The position numbers were made by a program, and so were the translations under genes. A DNA stretch of 64,000 nucleotides. Source: Chrysomallon squamiferum. Taxonomy: Eukaryota; Animalia; Mollusca. The stretch spans positions 28,830,001 through 28,894,000 of the forward strand of contig CM022670.1 in assembly GCA_012295275.1 (NCBI GenBank), read 5' to 3'. Below, piece by piece: positions 1-13,089 of the stretch (its first letter is position 1; every line of letters starts with the position of its first letter). Below the pieces are notes generated by a model. That model searched no databases. It was not told the DNA's origin and was given only the letters and a program-made list of their open reading frames with translations.

Positions 1-264
1 CAAAACAAAAAACAGTGCAACTTAAACCTGTACTTTTCATAAAGTGTACATGAATCATGTATAATCAACATGAGATGAAAACAGTCTTTAGAATAATAAA
101 AAAAGTAGTCATATCAAGACTAACATATTTCTGAAGTGTAAACTTTAATATTTATACTTTATTATTGATTTTGATTTGCAAGGAGAAAAAAAAAAAAGGA
201 AAAATAAATTATTTTTTAAAAACCCCAAATAAAGCATAGTAATTATATGCAGAGAATTGGCTCA

Positions 265-462
265 CACGTCTTTCTCACTTGCCTGATATTCTCTCTTCTC
301 TCTTGAACTGTCTTTCTCCACAGTCACACAGATAACATTTCACACCCCTGACCAATACTGGCAGACCATTACTGTCCTGGGTTCCTTAAGAAAGCACCAG
401 TGACAGTGTTTGCCCTATATCAATGTCCCATGTGTCTTGGAGGAATTTCCCAAGTTCTTTAC
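265..462 (-). pseudogene. Degenerate coding exon, probably part of the Ulp1-containing gene (further copies near 6355-6552 and 12433-12630)
   Basis: On the minus strand a TTTACAG acceptor is followed by GKELGKFLQDTWDIDIGQTLSLVLS*GTQDSNGLPVLVRGVKCYLCDCGERQFKREERISGK*ERR and a GTGAG donor. Two in-frame stops. Confidence 0.45.
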
Positions 463-543
463 CTGTAAACAAGGAGAAATAAACCTCAGACACGTTAATG
501 GTGTTTATATATCTTTAGATTATGATTTTAGTTCAGTCCCTCA

Positions 544-580
<37 letters not shown>

Positions 581-3270
581 TTTTTGTTTCTTCTTAAACC
601 TGGCAAAAAAAAAAAAAAAAAAAAAAAAATTTTTTCTTTATTTGTTTGGCGTAATGCAGTTTTAAACAGTGAGATATTGACATATATTTTATTTACTACA
701 TTAAAGATTACATTAATTATAGGATTAATTATCAGTATAATTAGACCATGAGAGATAATAAAATATTAATCTCACCAATTCCTGTAATATGACCTTTTCT
801 TTTAAAATCTCTAAATAATAATTACTCACATAGTATCTCTGTAGTTCTAGATATTACGTGGGACTTGTAATTATCACATTAAAAGTAACAGAAAACCACA
901 TACATCTGTAGCCTGTCTCTCTAAAACATATTTCTAATATATATATATGAGAAATACTGAGGGTACTTTCAGATATATGTTATTTTTTAATTTCTGTGTA
1001 TATTTAATTTGGATGAGCGTTATTTTCTGAAGATAATTAGAGACTGTTCGACAGAATTTACGTTTTTATTTACTACCAGCTGTGCAGCTTATACGAATAA
1101 ATTATGTTCCATCTTAGTAGTACCACTGTTTACAATGATATTTTATTAAGTTTATCTCTGTTTTGCTTCATAACAAATATTGATAATATATATATAAAAT
1201 ATTGATAATATATATATAAAATATTGATAATATACATACACAGGTGAAGCCACTCTATTGTGACAATATTTTTCTGTTAAACTGAGTTACAATTTCATCT
1301 CAATACAAAAAAAAAAAAAAAAAAATAATAATAATAATAATACTTAACACGTGAGAAGTTACATTTTACTTGAATCACAAAATTTGATTTTGCATAGCTA
1401 ACGACGTTAAAGTTACAATTTATAGGGATAAACGAAGTTTTCAGTTTGAAAAAAGACGACGTAATTCACATTTTATATATAAAACCAGCGCCGTTTATAT
1501 TATAAATTGATAATGAGTGAAAAATAACGTGATGTTTTATTATTTTTTCCCCGTTTTTGCATGATAAAAAATACTGATAATTTCACTGGCAGTTACATTT
1601 TATTTTACTAGGAGAAATTTTATATAGTTAATATTATACGTTGCAAGTTACATCATAGAAAACATGCCTGTCCTCCTGAACTGGTGTTTTATGAGATATG
1701 AAAATATTTTCAGTTAGCTACACGAAATATATTTCATCCTATTAAAGCACTTCCTATGAAGTAAATATTTTTTGTTTTTTTTTCTCTAATTATCAATACA
1801 ATCTTACCTGAAGCTTTTAAAATATCAGATTAAACTGGCGCCTTCTTATCTGCATATATAATGATATGTCTGATATAATATTATCCAACATCCACTATTT
1901 AAATTGTGCGGTCAAAATTAAAATTAAATTAATTAATTTATTTATTTAATAAACATAATCAGTGTAAATAGAGGTATTCTTTATAAACATATCATGTATT
2001 TTGGGTTGAAAATCAGTTTATTCATATAAAACTGAAATCTAGTTAGTTCACAGAAAGTAAATTCCGCCCAGCTATCAAAAATTATGTCTAGAAAACTACA
2101 CTGTACGTCAAAGTTTCATATTTTAGTAAATACCCAAAGATAATTTGTATCATGTCTCGACACTGATTTTTGGAAGAACAAAACTAGCCAGCAGATTTTT
2201 TTTTAAGTGAAAGACATGTTATCCAAACAGACTTCACGTCGCAATTTTCACCCAAACGTTTCTTCACAAAACACACGTTGTTGTATATGACGAGGAAGTA
2301 CTAATAATCGAGAGAGCTCTATATAAATGTAAACTGCACTGTTGTTAATGAACTGTTACATTGCTCTTGATCTGATCTAATAGAGCGGACTTCAGCGCTC
2401 GACTTGTAAATTCAAAAGTAAAGGCAAACATGTATACCAAACGCTTTCTTTAAAAAAACGTTTACTCAATACTCAGTCTTTTGTGTATGTTTACCTACGT
2501 GTTAAATAGAGAGTTATTTCCCTTATGAATTCTTGAACTAAATTGCTCTGGCACATGCAATGTGAAGATATGTAAATTTGAAGATAAAATCAATTTAATC
2601 ATAAAACTTTAAGAAATAATAAAAACTAAATCAACTAACAGTAACAACTTCGAGTAGAATACTAATGGATAGGAACTATATAAGATGATTTTTGTTGTAA
2701 ACAGTTCGAAATCCTGCTGTCGTGACTTACTTCAAGTAATTAATCAATGACAGAACTTATCAATTAGTTATTTAACTAAAATGCCTCACATTTTTCATAT
2801 TGAGTTGATAATGAATTCTTTTTAATTTATTTTTCTTCCATGTTACTGTTGATGGTAACCCTTTCGATCATATAAAGTAGCAGTTCCAGTCGAAGATTTC
2901 TCTGAACTGGCAAAATTTGATGAAATACTCAATCAAGAACTGAAAATTATATTCTAAGACAAATATGGAAAAATGAGATATATACACATATATAACAGAA
3001 ATTTCCTAATTTAGCTGTATAGATATTTTCAGTATATTTTATTGACGCAGATATATCTATTCTTGTTTTTCAAATAGAGTGATTTAAGTTGATGCTGATG
3101 ATGATGATGATGTGTGTGTGTGTGTGTGGAGACGGACAGACAATACACAGTCAGATAGATTGACAGATGTAGAAATACAGGCAGAAAGAGAAAGAGATAG
3201 GGTAAGAGACGTGTGTGTATTTGTGAATGAGAGAGATAAATACTGACATTATCACGCTTTATTTTCTCAG

Positions 3271-4142
3271 GAAGAGAACAGGCACATGAAGAGGAGAATC
3301 TACATGCATCTTCTGCTTAAGAATGGTGCAGGAGAAGGACATCACCTAAACGGTAAACCGAAATGTCTGTACCTGTTGTGAAGAACAATTGAATAAGAAG
3401 TGCAGAATAAAATTATTTCCTTTACAAAATGTAACTTAAAGAAAATGAAATAAATTAACAGTAATAAAAAAATGATAGGAATACTACTGATAATGACAAA
3501 AATAAAGTTATCAAGAACAGTAAGAACGATGACATCAATATCTTCATCATCATAAAAGAAAATGATAAGAATTATCATGATGATAGTAATGAGGGTAACA
3601 CTAGTAATTATGGAATTAATTTTGTTAAATGAAAAATTGACATTTCTACGTTTTTATTCTCAGGATTAGAAGAGGAAAATGAAGAGAAGAATCTACACAT
3701 GCATCTTCTGCTTAAGAATGGTGCAAGAGAAGGACATCACCTAAATGGTAAACCGAAATGTCTGCACATTTTGTGAAGAACAAATGAATAAGAAGTGAAG
3801 AATAAAATTATTTCCTCCACAAAATGTAACGTAAAGAAAATGAAATAAATTAACAGTAATAAAAAAATGATAGGAATACTACTGATAATAACAAAAATAA
3901 AGTTATCAAGAACAGTAAGAACGATGACATCAATATCTTCATGATCATAAAAGAAAATGATAAGAATTATCATGATGATGGTAATGAGGGTAACACTAGT
4001 AATTATGGAATTAATTTTGTTAAATGAAAAATTGACATTTCTACGTTTTTATTCTCAGGATTAGAAGAGGAAAATGAAGAGAAGAATCTACACATGCATC
4101 TTCTGCTTTAGAATGGTGCAGGAGAAGGATATCACCTAAATG
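3271..4142 (+). repeat. Exon-like cassette array, copies 1-3 (3271-3352, 3664-3747, 4059-4142), period ~395 bp
   Basis: Each cassette is preceded by (C/T)TGAC, a pyrimidine tract and CAG, and is followed by GTAAA(C/G). Confidence 0.8.
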
Positions 4143-4169
4143 GTAAAGAGAAATGGTTGTACATTTTGA

Positions 4170-5300
4170 GAGAAAGAAATTAAAAGAATCACAGTGGTAC
4201 AATACTTTTTTAGATATGTCTATTACTGTTATTGTCCAATGAGTGTTTCTTTCATTCAAAGATCGAACATATTTATAATCAAACCATCTTTTACGTTTAC
4301 TTTCTGCAATGTGAAATGTCCATCTAGGTTGATCTGTATCACCATTAACTCAAATCTTCTGACCAAACCAAGCACAATATACCATGTGAATATTTTTATT
4401 TTTCAGTTGTTTTTGTAGTAGAGGCATGAATACATTAATGTGGCTACTATTAAGGCAGCAATCATGTTGAAGAATATTGTTTTAGAAATCTGCATTTACA
4501 GTTACACCATCAATTTCAGTGCTAACAAAATATTCCAGTGGTTGCTTCTTTATTGGATTATAATCAGTGAGGAGCTCTGTTTGTCTCTTAATCAATTTTT
4601 TCTTACTAAAATGTAATGTCTCTAATGATAAACTGTTTATTATATTTTTGTCATAAAATAATAACAATGATCTGCATGTTTGTAAATCTGTTACATTTAT
4701 GTCATTTACAGGTTTCATATCACCATTTTTTACTTCCATTTTTAGTAAACTGTCACCATCATAATAAACAAGAATCCATTCTCCATTTTTTTTCTGCTAC
4801 AAGTGAATTTAGCCTGTATGATGTTCCATCAACAATTGTGGCAGTCTTGACATCATGTAATGTTATTTGGTTCATTTCCTTGTGTGTAACACTGGTACAA
4901 TCTGATACATTAACAATTAAAGTCTTTGGTTAGCTTGTTATAAACACAAGAAAACTGTTTTCATAACATTTACAATTACCTTCATTATGTTTATTTGCTG
5001 TCATGATATGTTTAGTGACATACTGATTAGAAAATGTATCAACTTGAACTATGAAAACAGAGTCAGAACATACATACTTTTCATTACATTCCTTACATGA
5101 ATGATAGTTCAAAGCTAGTGTTTCAAAGTTCTCTGCAATAGTCAGTGTACCACAAAAAATTGATCTTTTAACTACATAGTTTAAATACAAGTATAAAACT
5201 TCACATGGGTCTATAAAATTGAAATGTTTTTCACATTTTTCTATTTTGTGTCTAATTCCTTGTTGTATTTATCAGATAACAAACACTGAATTATCCTGGA
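4170..5300 (-). pseudogene. Disrupted large exon of a probably transposon-associated gene: Cys-rich, possibly USP-like region followed by a Ulp1/SENP (peptidase C48) domain truncated before the catalytic Cys
   Basis: Minus translation ...CLNSSHINVFMPLLQKQL...NERNTHWTITVIDISKKVLYHCDSFN matches the Ulp1 motifs (W)LNxxxINxYMxLL and HWxLxVID...YYDS. Upstream reads CKECNEKY...GNCKC...SYRLNSLV. In-frame stops and a frameshift are present. Confidence 0.72.
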
Positions 5301-6635
5301 ACTAGAAAAAATATTGTTACTTTTCAAAGCTTATCTCATGCTTTTTCTTTTTCTCATTTGAAATTTTCTTTCCTCTACCTTCATGATTGACATTCTGTAA
5401 CACAACAGAAGTAGATTTAATGGGGAAAAAAGAAAAGAAAAAGAAAGTGATATCTCTGACCATGAGTTACATTTATCACAGTCGATTTCAATAAAGTTGA
5501 ACCTTTTCTTTCTCTGCAAACAAAGCTGCTCAGAACATAACTAATGTTATAATGGATAACAAATTTTTGTTTCAGTATTTGTCAAGTCCCATAATGGATA
5601 ATTTGAGGAAAAATTAATCTGAATTTATTAAATAAATAAGACTTACCTTACTTCCATAAAATATAATCTTAGCTTGTAAATAAACAGTATTTACTCCCAG
5701 ATCAAGTTCCATCAGACTGAAAAACAAATTTATAATTTCGCATGAAATGTTTACTAGGAAATGAGAAAAGTTAAGAAAAACAGAAACTGTTCTGCTGCTG
5801 CACCCAGTAAAATGCACTAAAAACAATATAAATAAAAGAATGGCACTGAAGAACTAAATGTTTCTCATATTTGTCTGTGTCGGTCTAAACTTATGTATAC
5901 AGTGTAAAGTGTGAAGCTATATTGTCGAGAAGTATTTTCTTTTAGAACATAACAGATCTTTTAACAATACTCCATGGTATAAGTTTGTTATTTGAAAAAA
6001 AAAAAAAAAAATGTTAGAACTTATAAACTTTGGTTAGTATGAACTAAAACAATGGTTCAATAAATAATCATTTCAAACAAACAACAACAACAAAACAAAA
6101 AACAGTGCAACTTAAACCTGTACTTTTCATAAAGTGTACATGAATCATGTATAATCAACATGAGATGAAAACAGTCTTTAGAATAATAAAAAAAGTAGTC
6201 ATATCAAGACTAACATATTTCTGAAGTGTAAACTTTAATATTTATACTTTATTATTGATTTTGATTTGCAAGGAGAAAAAAAAAAAAGAAAAATAAATTA
6301 TTTTTTAAAAAACCCCAAATAAAGCATAGTAATTATATGCAGAGAATTGGCTCACACGTCTTTCTCACTTGCCTGATATTCTCTCTTCTCTCTTGAACTG
6401 TCTTTCTCCACAGTCACACAGATAACATTTCACACCCCTGACCAATACTGGCAGACCATTACTGTCCTGGGTTCCTTAAGAAAGCACCAGTGACAGTGTT
6501 TGCCCTATATCAATGTCCCACGTGTCTTGGAGGAATTTCCCAAGTTCTTTACCTGTAAACAAGGAGAAATAAACCTCAGACACGTTAATGGTGTTTATAT
6601 ATCTTTAGATTATGATTTTAGTTCAGTCCCTCACA

Positions 6636-6672
<37 letters not shown>

Positions 6673-9348
6673 TTTTTTGTTTCTTCTTAAACCTGGCAAA
6701 AAAAAAAAAAAAAAAAAAAAATTTTCTTTATTTGTTTGGCGTAATGCAGTTTTAAACAGTGAGATATTGACATATATTTTATTTACTACATTAAAGATTA
6801 CATTAATTATAGGTTTAATTATCAGTATAATTAGACCATGAGAGATAATAAAATATTAATCTCACCAATTCCTGTAATATGACCTTTTCTTTTAAAATCT
6901 CTAAATAATAATTACTCACATAGTATCTCTGTAGTTCTAGATATTACGTGGGACTTGTAATTATCACATTAATAAGTAACAGAAAACCACATACATCTGT
7001 AGCCTGTCTCTCTAAAACATATTTCTAATATATATATATGAGAAATACTGAGGGTACTTTCAAATATATGTTATTTTTTAATTTCTGTGTATATTTAATT
7101 TGGATGAGCGTTATTTTCTGAAGATAATTAGAGACTGTTCGACAGAATTTACGTTTTTATTTACTACCATCTGTGCAGCTTATACGAATAAATTATGTTC
7201 CATCTTAGTAGTACCACTGTTTACAATGATATTTTATTAAGTTTATCTCTGTTTTGCTTCATAACAAATATTGATAATATATATATAAAATATTGATAAT
7301 ATATATATAAAATATTGATAATATACATACACAGGTGAAGCCACTCTATTGTGACAATATTTTTCTGTTAAACTGAGTTACAATTTCATCTCAATACAAA
7401 AAAAAAAAAAAAAAATAATAATAATAATAATAATACTTAACACGTGAGAAGTTACATTTTACTTGAATCACAAAATTTGATTTTGCATAGCTAACGACGT
7501 TAAAGTTACAATTTATAGGGATAAACGAAGTTTTCAGTTTGAAAAAAGACGACGTAATTCACATTTTATATATAAAACCAGCGCCGTTTATATTATAAAT
7601 TGATAATGAGTGAAAATAACGTGATGTTTTATTATTTTTTCCTCCCGTTTGCATGATAAAAAATACTGATAATTTCACTGACAGTTACATTTTATTTTAC
7701 TAGGAGAAATTTTATATAGTTAATATTATACGTTGCAAGTTACATCATAGACAACATGCCTGTCCTCCTGAACTAGTGTTTTATGAGATATGAAGATATT
7801 TTCAGTTAGCTACACGAAATATATTTCATCCTATTAAAGCACTTCCTATGAAGTAAATATTTTTTGTTTTTTTTCTCTAATTATCAATACAATCTTACCT
7901 GAAGCTTTTAAAATATCAGATTAAACTGGCGCCTTCTTATCTGCATATATAATGATATGTCTGATATAATATTATCCAACATCCACTATTTAAATTGTGC
8001 GGTCAAAATTAAAATTAAATTAATTAATTAATTAATTTAATAAACATAATCAGTGTAAATAGAGGTATTCTTTATAAACATATCATGTATTTTGGGTTGA
8101 AAATCAGTTTATTCATATAAAACTGAAATCTAGTTAGTTCAAGAAAGTAAATTCCGCCCAGCTATCAAAAATTATGTCTAGAAAACTACACTGTACGTCA
8201 AAGTTTCATATTTTAGTAAATACCCAAAGATAATTTGTATCATGTCTCGACACTGATTTTTGGAAGAACAAAACTAGCCAGCAGATTTTTTTTTAAGTGA
8301 AAGACATGTTATCCAAACAGACTTCACGTCGCAATTTTCACCCAAACGTTTCTTCACAAAACACACGTTGTTGTATATGACGAGGAAGTACTAATAATCG
8401 AGAGAGCTCTATATAAATGTAAACTGCACTGTTGTTAATGAACTGTTACATTGCTCTTGATCTGATCTAATAGAGCGGACTTCAGCGCTCGACTTGTAAA
8501 TTCAAAAGTAAAGGCAAACATGTATACCAAACGCTTTCTTTAAAAAACGTTTACTCAATACTCAGTCTTTTGTGTATGTTTACCTACGTGTTAAATAGAG
8601 TTATTTCCCTTATGAATTCTTGAACTAAATTGCTCTGGCACATGCAATGTGAAGATATGTAAATTTGAAGATAAAATCAATTTAATCATAAAACTTTAAG
8701 AAATAATAAAAACTAAATCAACTAACAGTAACAACTTCGAGTAGAATACTAATGGATAGGAACTATATAAGATGATTTTTGTTGTAAACAGTTCGAAATC
8801 CTGCTGTCGTGACTTACTTCAAGTAATTAATCAATGACAGAACTTATCAATTAGTTATTTAACTAAAATGCCTCACATTTTTCATATTGAGTTGATAATG
8901 AATTCTTTTTAATTTATTTTTCTTCCATGTTACTGTTGATGGTAACCCTTTTGATCATATAAAGTAGCAGTTCCAGTCGAAGATTTCTCTGAACTGGCAA
9001 AATTTGATGAAATACTCAATCAAGAACTGAAAATTATATTCTAAGACAAATATGGAAAAATGAGATATATACACATATATAACAGAAATTTCCTAATTTA
9101 GCTGTATAGATATTTTCAGTATATTTTATTGACGCAGATATATCTATTCTTGTTTTTCAAATAGAGTGATTTAAGTTGATGCTGATGATGATGATGTGTG
9201 TGTGTGGAGACGGACAGACAATACACAGTCAGATAGATTGACAGATGTAGAAATACAGGCAAAAAGAGAAAGAGATAGGGTAAGAGACGTGTGTGTATTT
9301 GTGAATGAGAGAGATAAATACTGACATTATCACGCTTTATTTTCTCAG

Positions 9349-10220
9349 GAAGAGAACAGGCACATGAAGAGGAGAATCTACATGCATCTTCTGCTTAAGA
9401 ATGGTGCAGGAGAAGGACATCACCTAAACGGTAAACCGAAATGTCTGTACCTGTTGTGAAGAACAATTGAATAAGAAGTGCAGAATAAAATTATTTCCTT
9501 TACAAAATGTAACTTAAAGAAAATGAAATAAATTAACAGTAATAAAAAAATGATAGGAATACTACTGATAATGACAAAAATAAAGTTATCAAGAACAGTA
9601 AGAACGATGACATCAATATCTTCATCATCATAAAAGAAAATGATAAGAATTATCATGATGATAGTAATGAGGGTAACACTAGTAATTATGGAATTAATTT
9701 TGTTAAATGAAAAATTGACATTTCTACGTTTTTATTCTCAGGATTAGAAGAGGAAAATGAAGAGAAGAATCTACACATGCATCTTCTGCTTAAGAATGGT
9801 GCAAGAGAAGGACATCACCTAAATGGTAAACCGAAATGTCTGCACATTTTGTGAAGAACAAATGAATAAGAAGTGAAGAATAAAATTATTTCCTCCACAA
9901 AATGTAACGTAAAGAAAATGAAATAAATTAACAGTAATAAAAAAATGATAGGAATACTACTGATAATAACAAAAATAAAGTTATCAAGAACAGTAAGAAC
10001 GATGACATCAATATCTTCATGATCATAAAAGAAAATGATAAGAATTATCATGATGATGGTAATGAGGGTAACACTAGTAATTATGGAATTAATTTTGTTA
10101 AATGAAAAATTGACATTTCTACGTTTTTATTCTCAGGATTAGAAGAGGAAAATGAAGAGAAGAATCTACACATGCATCTTCTGCTTTAGAATGGTGCAGG
10201 AGAAGGATATCACCTAAATG
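9349..10220 (+). repeat. Exon-like cassette array, copies 4-6 (9349-9430, 9742-9825, 10137-10220)
   Basis: Duplicate of 3271-4142 within the second 6.08 kb unit. Confidence 0.8.
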
Positions 10221-10247
10221 GTAAAGAGAAATGGTTGTACATTTTGA

Positions 10248-11380
10248 GAGAAAGAAATTAAAAGAATCACAGTGGTACAATACTTTTTTAGATATGTCTA
10301 TTACTGTTATTGTCCAATGAGTGTTTCTTTCATTCAAAGATCGAACATATTTATAATCAAACCATCTTTTACGTTTACTTTCTGCAATGTGAAATGTCCA
10401 TCTAGGTTGATCTGTATCACCATTAACTCAAATCTTCTGACCAAACCAAGCACAATATACCATGTGAATATTTTTATTTTTCAGTTGTTTTTGTAGTAGA
10501 GGCATGAATACATTAATGTGGCTACTATTAAGGCAGCAATCATGTTGAAGAATATTGTTTTAGAAATCTGCATTTACAGTTACACCATCAATTTCAGTGC
10601 TAACAAAATATTCCAGTGGTTGCTTCTTTATTGGATTATAATCAGTGAGGAGCTCTGTTTGTCTCTTAATCAATTTTTTCTTACTAAAATGTAATGTCTC
10701 TAATGATAAACTGTTTATTATATTTTTGTCATAAAATAATAACAATGATCTGCATGTTTGTAAATCTGTTACATTTATGTCATTTACAGGTTTCATATCA
10801 CCATTTTTTACTTCCATTTTTAGTAAACTGTCACCATCATAATAAACAAGAATCCATTCTCCATTTTTTTTTTCTGCTACAAGTGAATTTAGCCTGTATG
10901 ATGTTCCATCAACAATTGTGGCAGTCTTGACATCATGTAATGTTATTTGGTTCATTTCCTTGTGTGTAACACTGGTACAATCTGATACATTAACAATTAA
11001 AGTCTTTGGTTAGCTTGTTTATAAACACAAGAAAACTGTTTTCATAACATTTACAATTACCTTCATTATGTTTATTTGCTGTCATGATATGTTTAGTGAC
11101 ATACTGATTAGAAAATGTATCAACTTGAACTATGAAAACAGAGTCAGAACATACATACTTTTCATTACATTCCTTACATGAATGATAGTTCAAAGCTAGT
11201 GTTTCAAAGTTCTCTGCAATAGTCAGTGTACCACAATTTTTTATCTTTTAACTACATAGTTTAAATACAAGTATAAAACTTCACATGGGTCTATAAAATT
11301 GAAATGTTTTTCACATTTTTCTATTTTGTGTCTAATTCCTTGTTGTATTTATCAGATAACAAACACTGAATTATCCTGGA
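10248..11380 (-). pseudogene. Second copy of the Ulp1/C48-protease pseudo-exon
   Basis: Near-identical to 4170-5300. ORF fragments 10119-10337, 10560-10955 and 10990-11193. Confidence 0.72.
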
Positions 11381-13089
11381 ACTAGAAAAAATATTGTTAC
11401 TTTTCAAAGCTTATCTCATGCTTTTTCTTTTTCTCATTTGAAATTTTCTTTCCTCTACCTTCATGATTGACATTCTGTAACACAGAAGTAGATTTAATGG
11501 GGAAAAAAGAAAAGAAAAAGAAAGTGATATCTCTGACCATGAGTTACATTTATCACAGTCGATTTCAATAAAGTTGAACCTTTTCTTTCTCTGCAAACAA
11601 AGCTGCTCAGAACATAACTAATGTTATAATGGATAACAAATTTTTGTTTCAGTATTTGTCAAGTCCCATAATGGATAATTTGAGGAAAAAAATTAATCGG
11701 AATTTATTAAATAAATAAGACTTACCTTACTTCCATAAAATATAATCTTAGCTTGTAAATAAACAGTATTTACTCCCAGATCAAGTTCCATCAGACTGAA
11801 AAACAAATTTATAATTTCGCATGAAATGTTTACTAGGAAATGAGAAAAGTTAAGAAAAACAGAAACTGTTCTGCTGCTGCACCCAGTAAAATGCACTAAA
11901 AACAATATAAATAAAAGAATGGCACTGAAGAACTAAATGTTTCTCATATTTGTCTGTGTCGGTCTAAACTTATGTATACAGTGTAAAGTGTGAAGCTATA
12001 TTGTCGAGAAGTATTTTCTTTTAGAACATAACAGATCTTTTAACAATACTCCACGGTATAAGTTTGTTATTTGAAAAAAAAAATAAAAAATGTTAGAACT
12101 TATAAACTTTGGTTAGTATGAACTAAAACAATGGTTCAATAAATAATCATTTCAAGCAAACAACAACAACAAAACAAAAAACAGTGCAACTTAACCTGTA
12201 CTTTTCATAAAGTGTACATGAATCATGTATAATCAACATTAGATGAAAACAGTCTTTAGAATAATAAAAAAAGTAGTCATATCAAGACTAACATATTTCT
12301 AAAGTGTAAACTTTAATATTTATACTTTATTATTGATTTTGATTTGCAAGGAGAAAAAAAAAAAAGGAAAAATAAATTATTTTTAAAAACCCCAAAATAA
12401 AGCATAGTAATTATATGCAGAGAATTGGCTCACACGTCTTTCTCACTTGCCTGATATTCTCTCTTCTCTCTTGAACTCTCTTTCTCCACAGTCACACAGA
12501 TAACATTTCACACCCCTGACCAATACTGGCAGACCATTACTGTCCTGGGTTCCTTAAGAAAGCACCAGTGACAGTGTTTGCCCTATATCAATGTCCCACG
12601 TGTCTTGGAGGAATTTCCCAAGTTCTTTACCTGTAAACAAGGAGAAATAAACCTCAGACACGTTAATGGTGTTTATATATCTTTAGATTATGATTTTAGT
12701 TCAGTCCCTCACACAAACACACAAACACACACACACACACACACACACATTTTTTTGTTTCTTCTTAAACCTGGCAAAAAAAAAAAAAAAAAAAAAAAAC
12801 AATTATTTTCTTTATTTGTTTGGCGTAATGCAGTTTTAAACAGTGAGATATTGACATATATTTTATTTACTACATTAAAGATTACATTAATTATAGGATT
12901 AATTATCAGATAATGAAAATTATAGAGTTATAAGGAACAGAAACTACGATGACATCAATATCGTCATCATCATCATAAAAGAGAATGATAAGAATCACCA
13001 TGATGATGATAGTAATGAGGGTAACACTATTAATTATGGAATTAATTTTGTTAAATGAAATATAGTCATTTGTACGTTTTTATTCTCAG

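Larger units (their letters stand above)
1..12910. repeat. Tandem segmental duplication, ~6.08 kb unit (1-6090, 6091-12169, partial third copy 12170-~12910)
   Basis: CAAAACAAAAAACAGTGCAACTT recurs at 1, 6091 and 12170. Copies are near-identical, differing mostly in homopolymer and microsatellite lengths. The third copy breaks off after ATAGGATTAATTATCAG at ~12910. Confidence 0.97.

Noticed and set aside
3342-3973. Hydrophobic 78-aa minus-strand ORFs (MIILIIFFY...) and their repeats
   Set aside because: They are antisense readings of A-rich cassette spacers. Ile/Phe/Leu richness follows from base composition.
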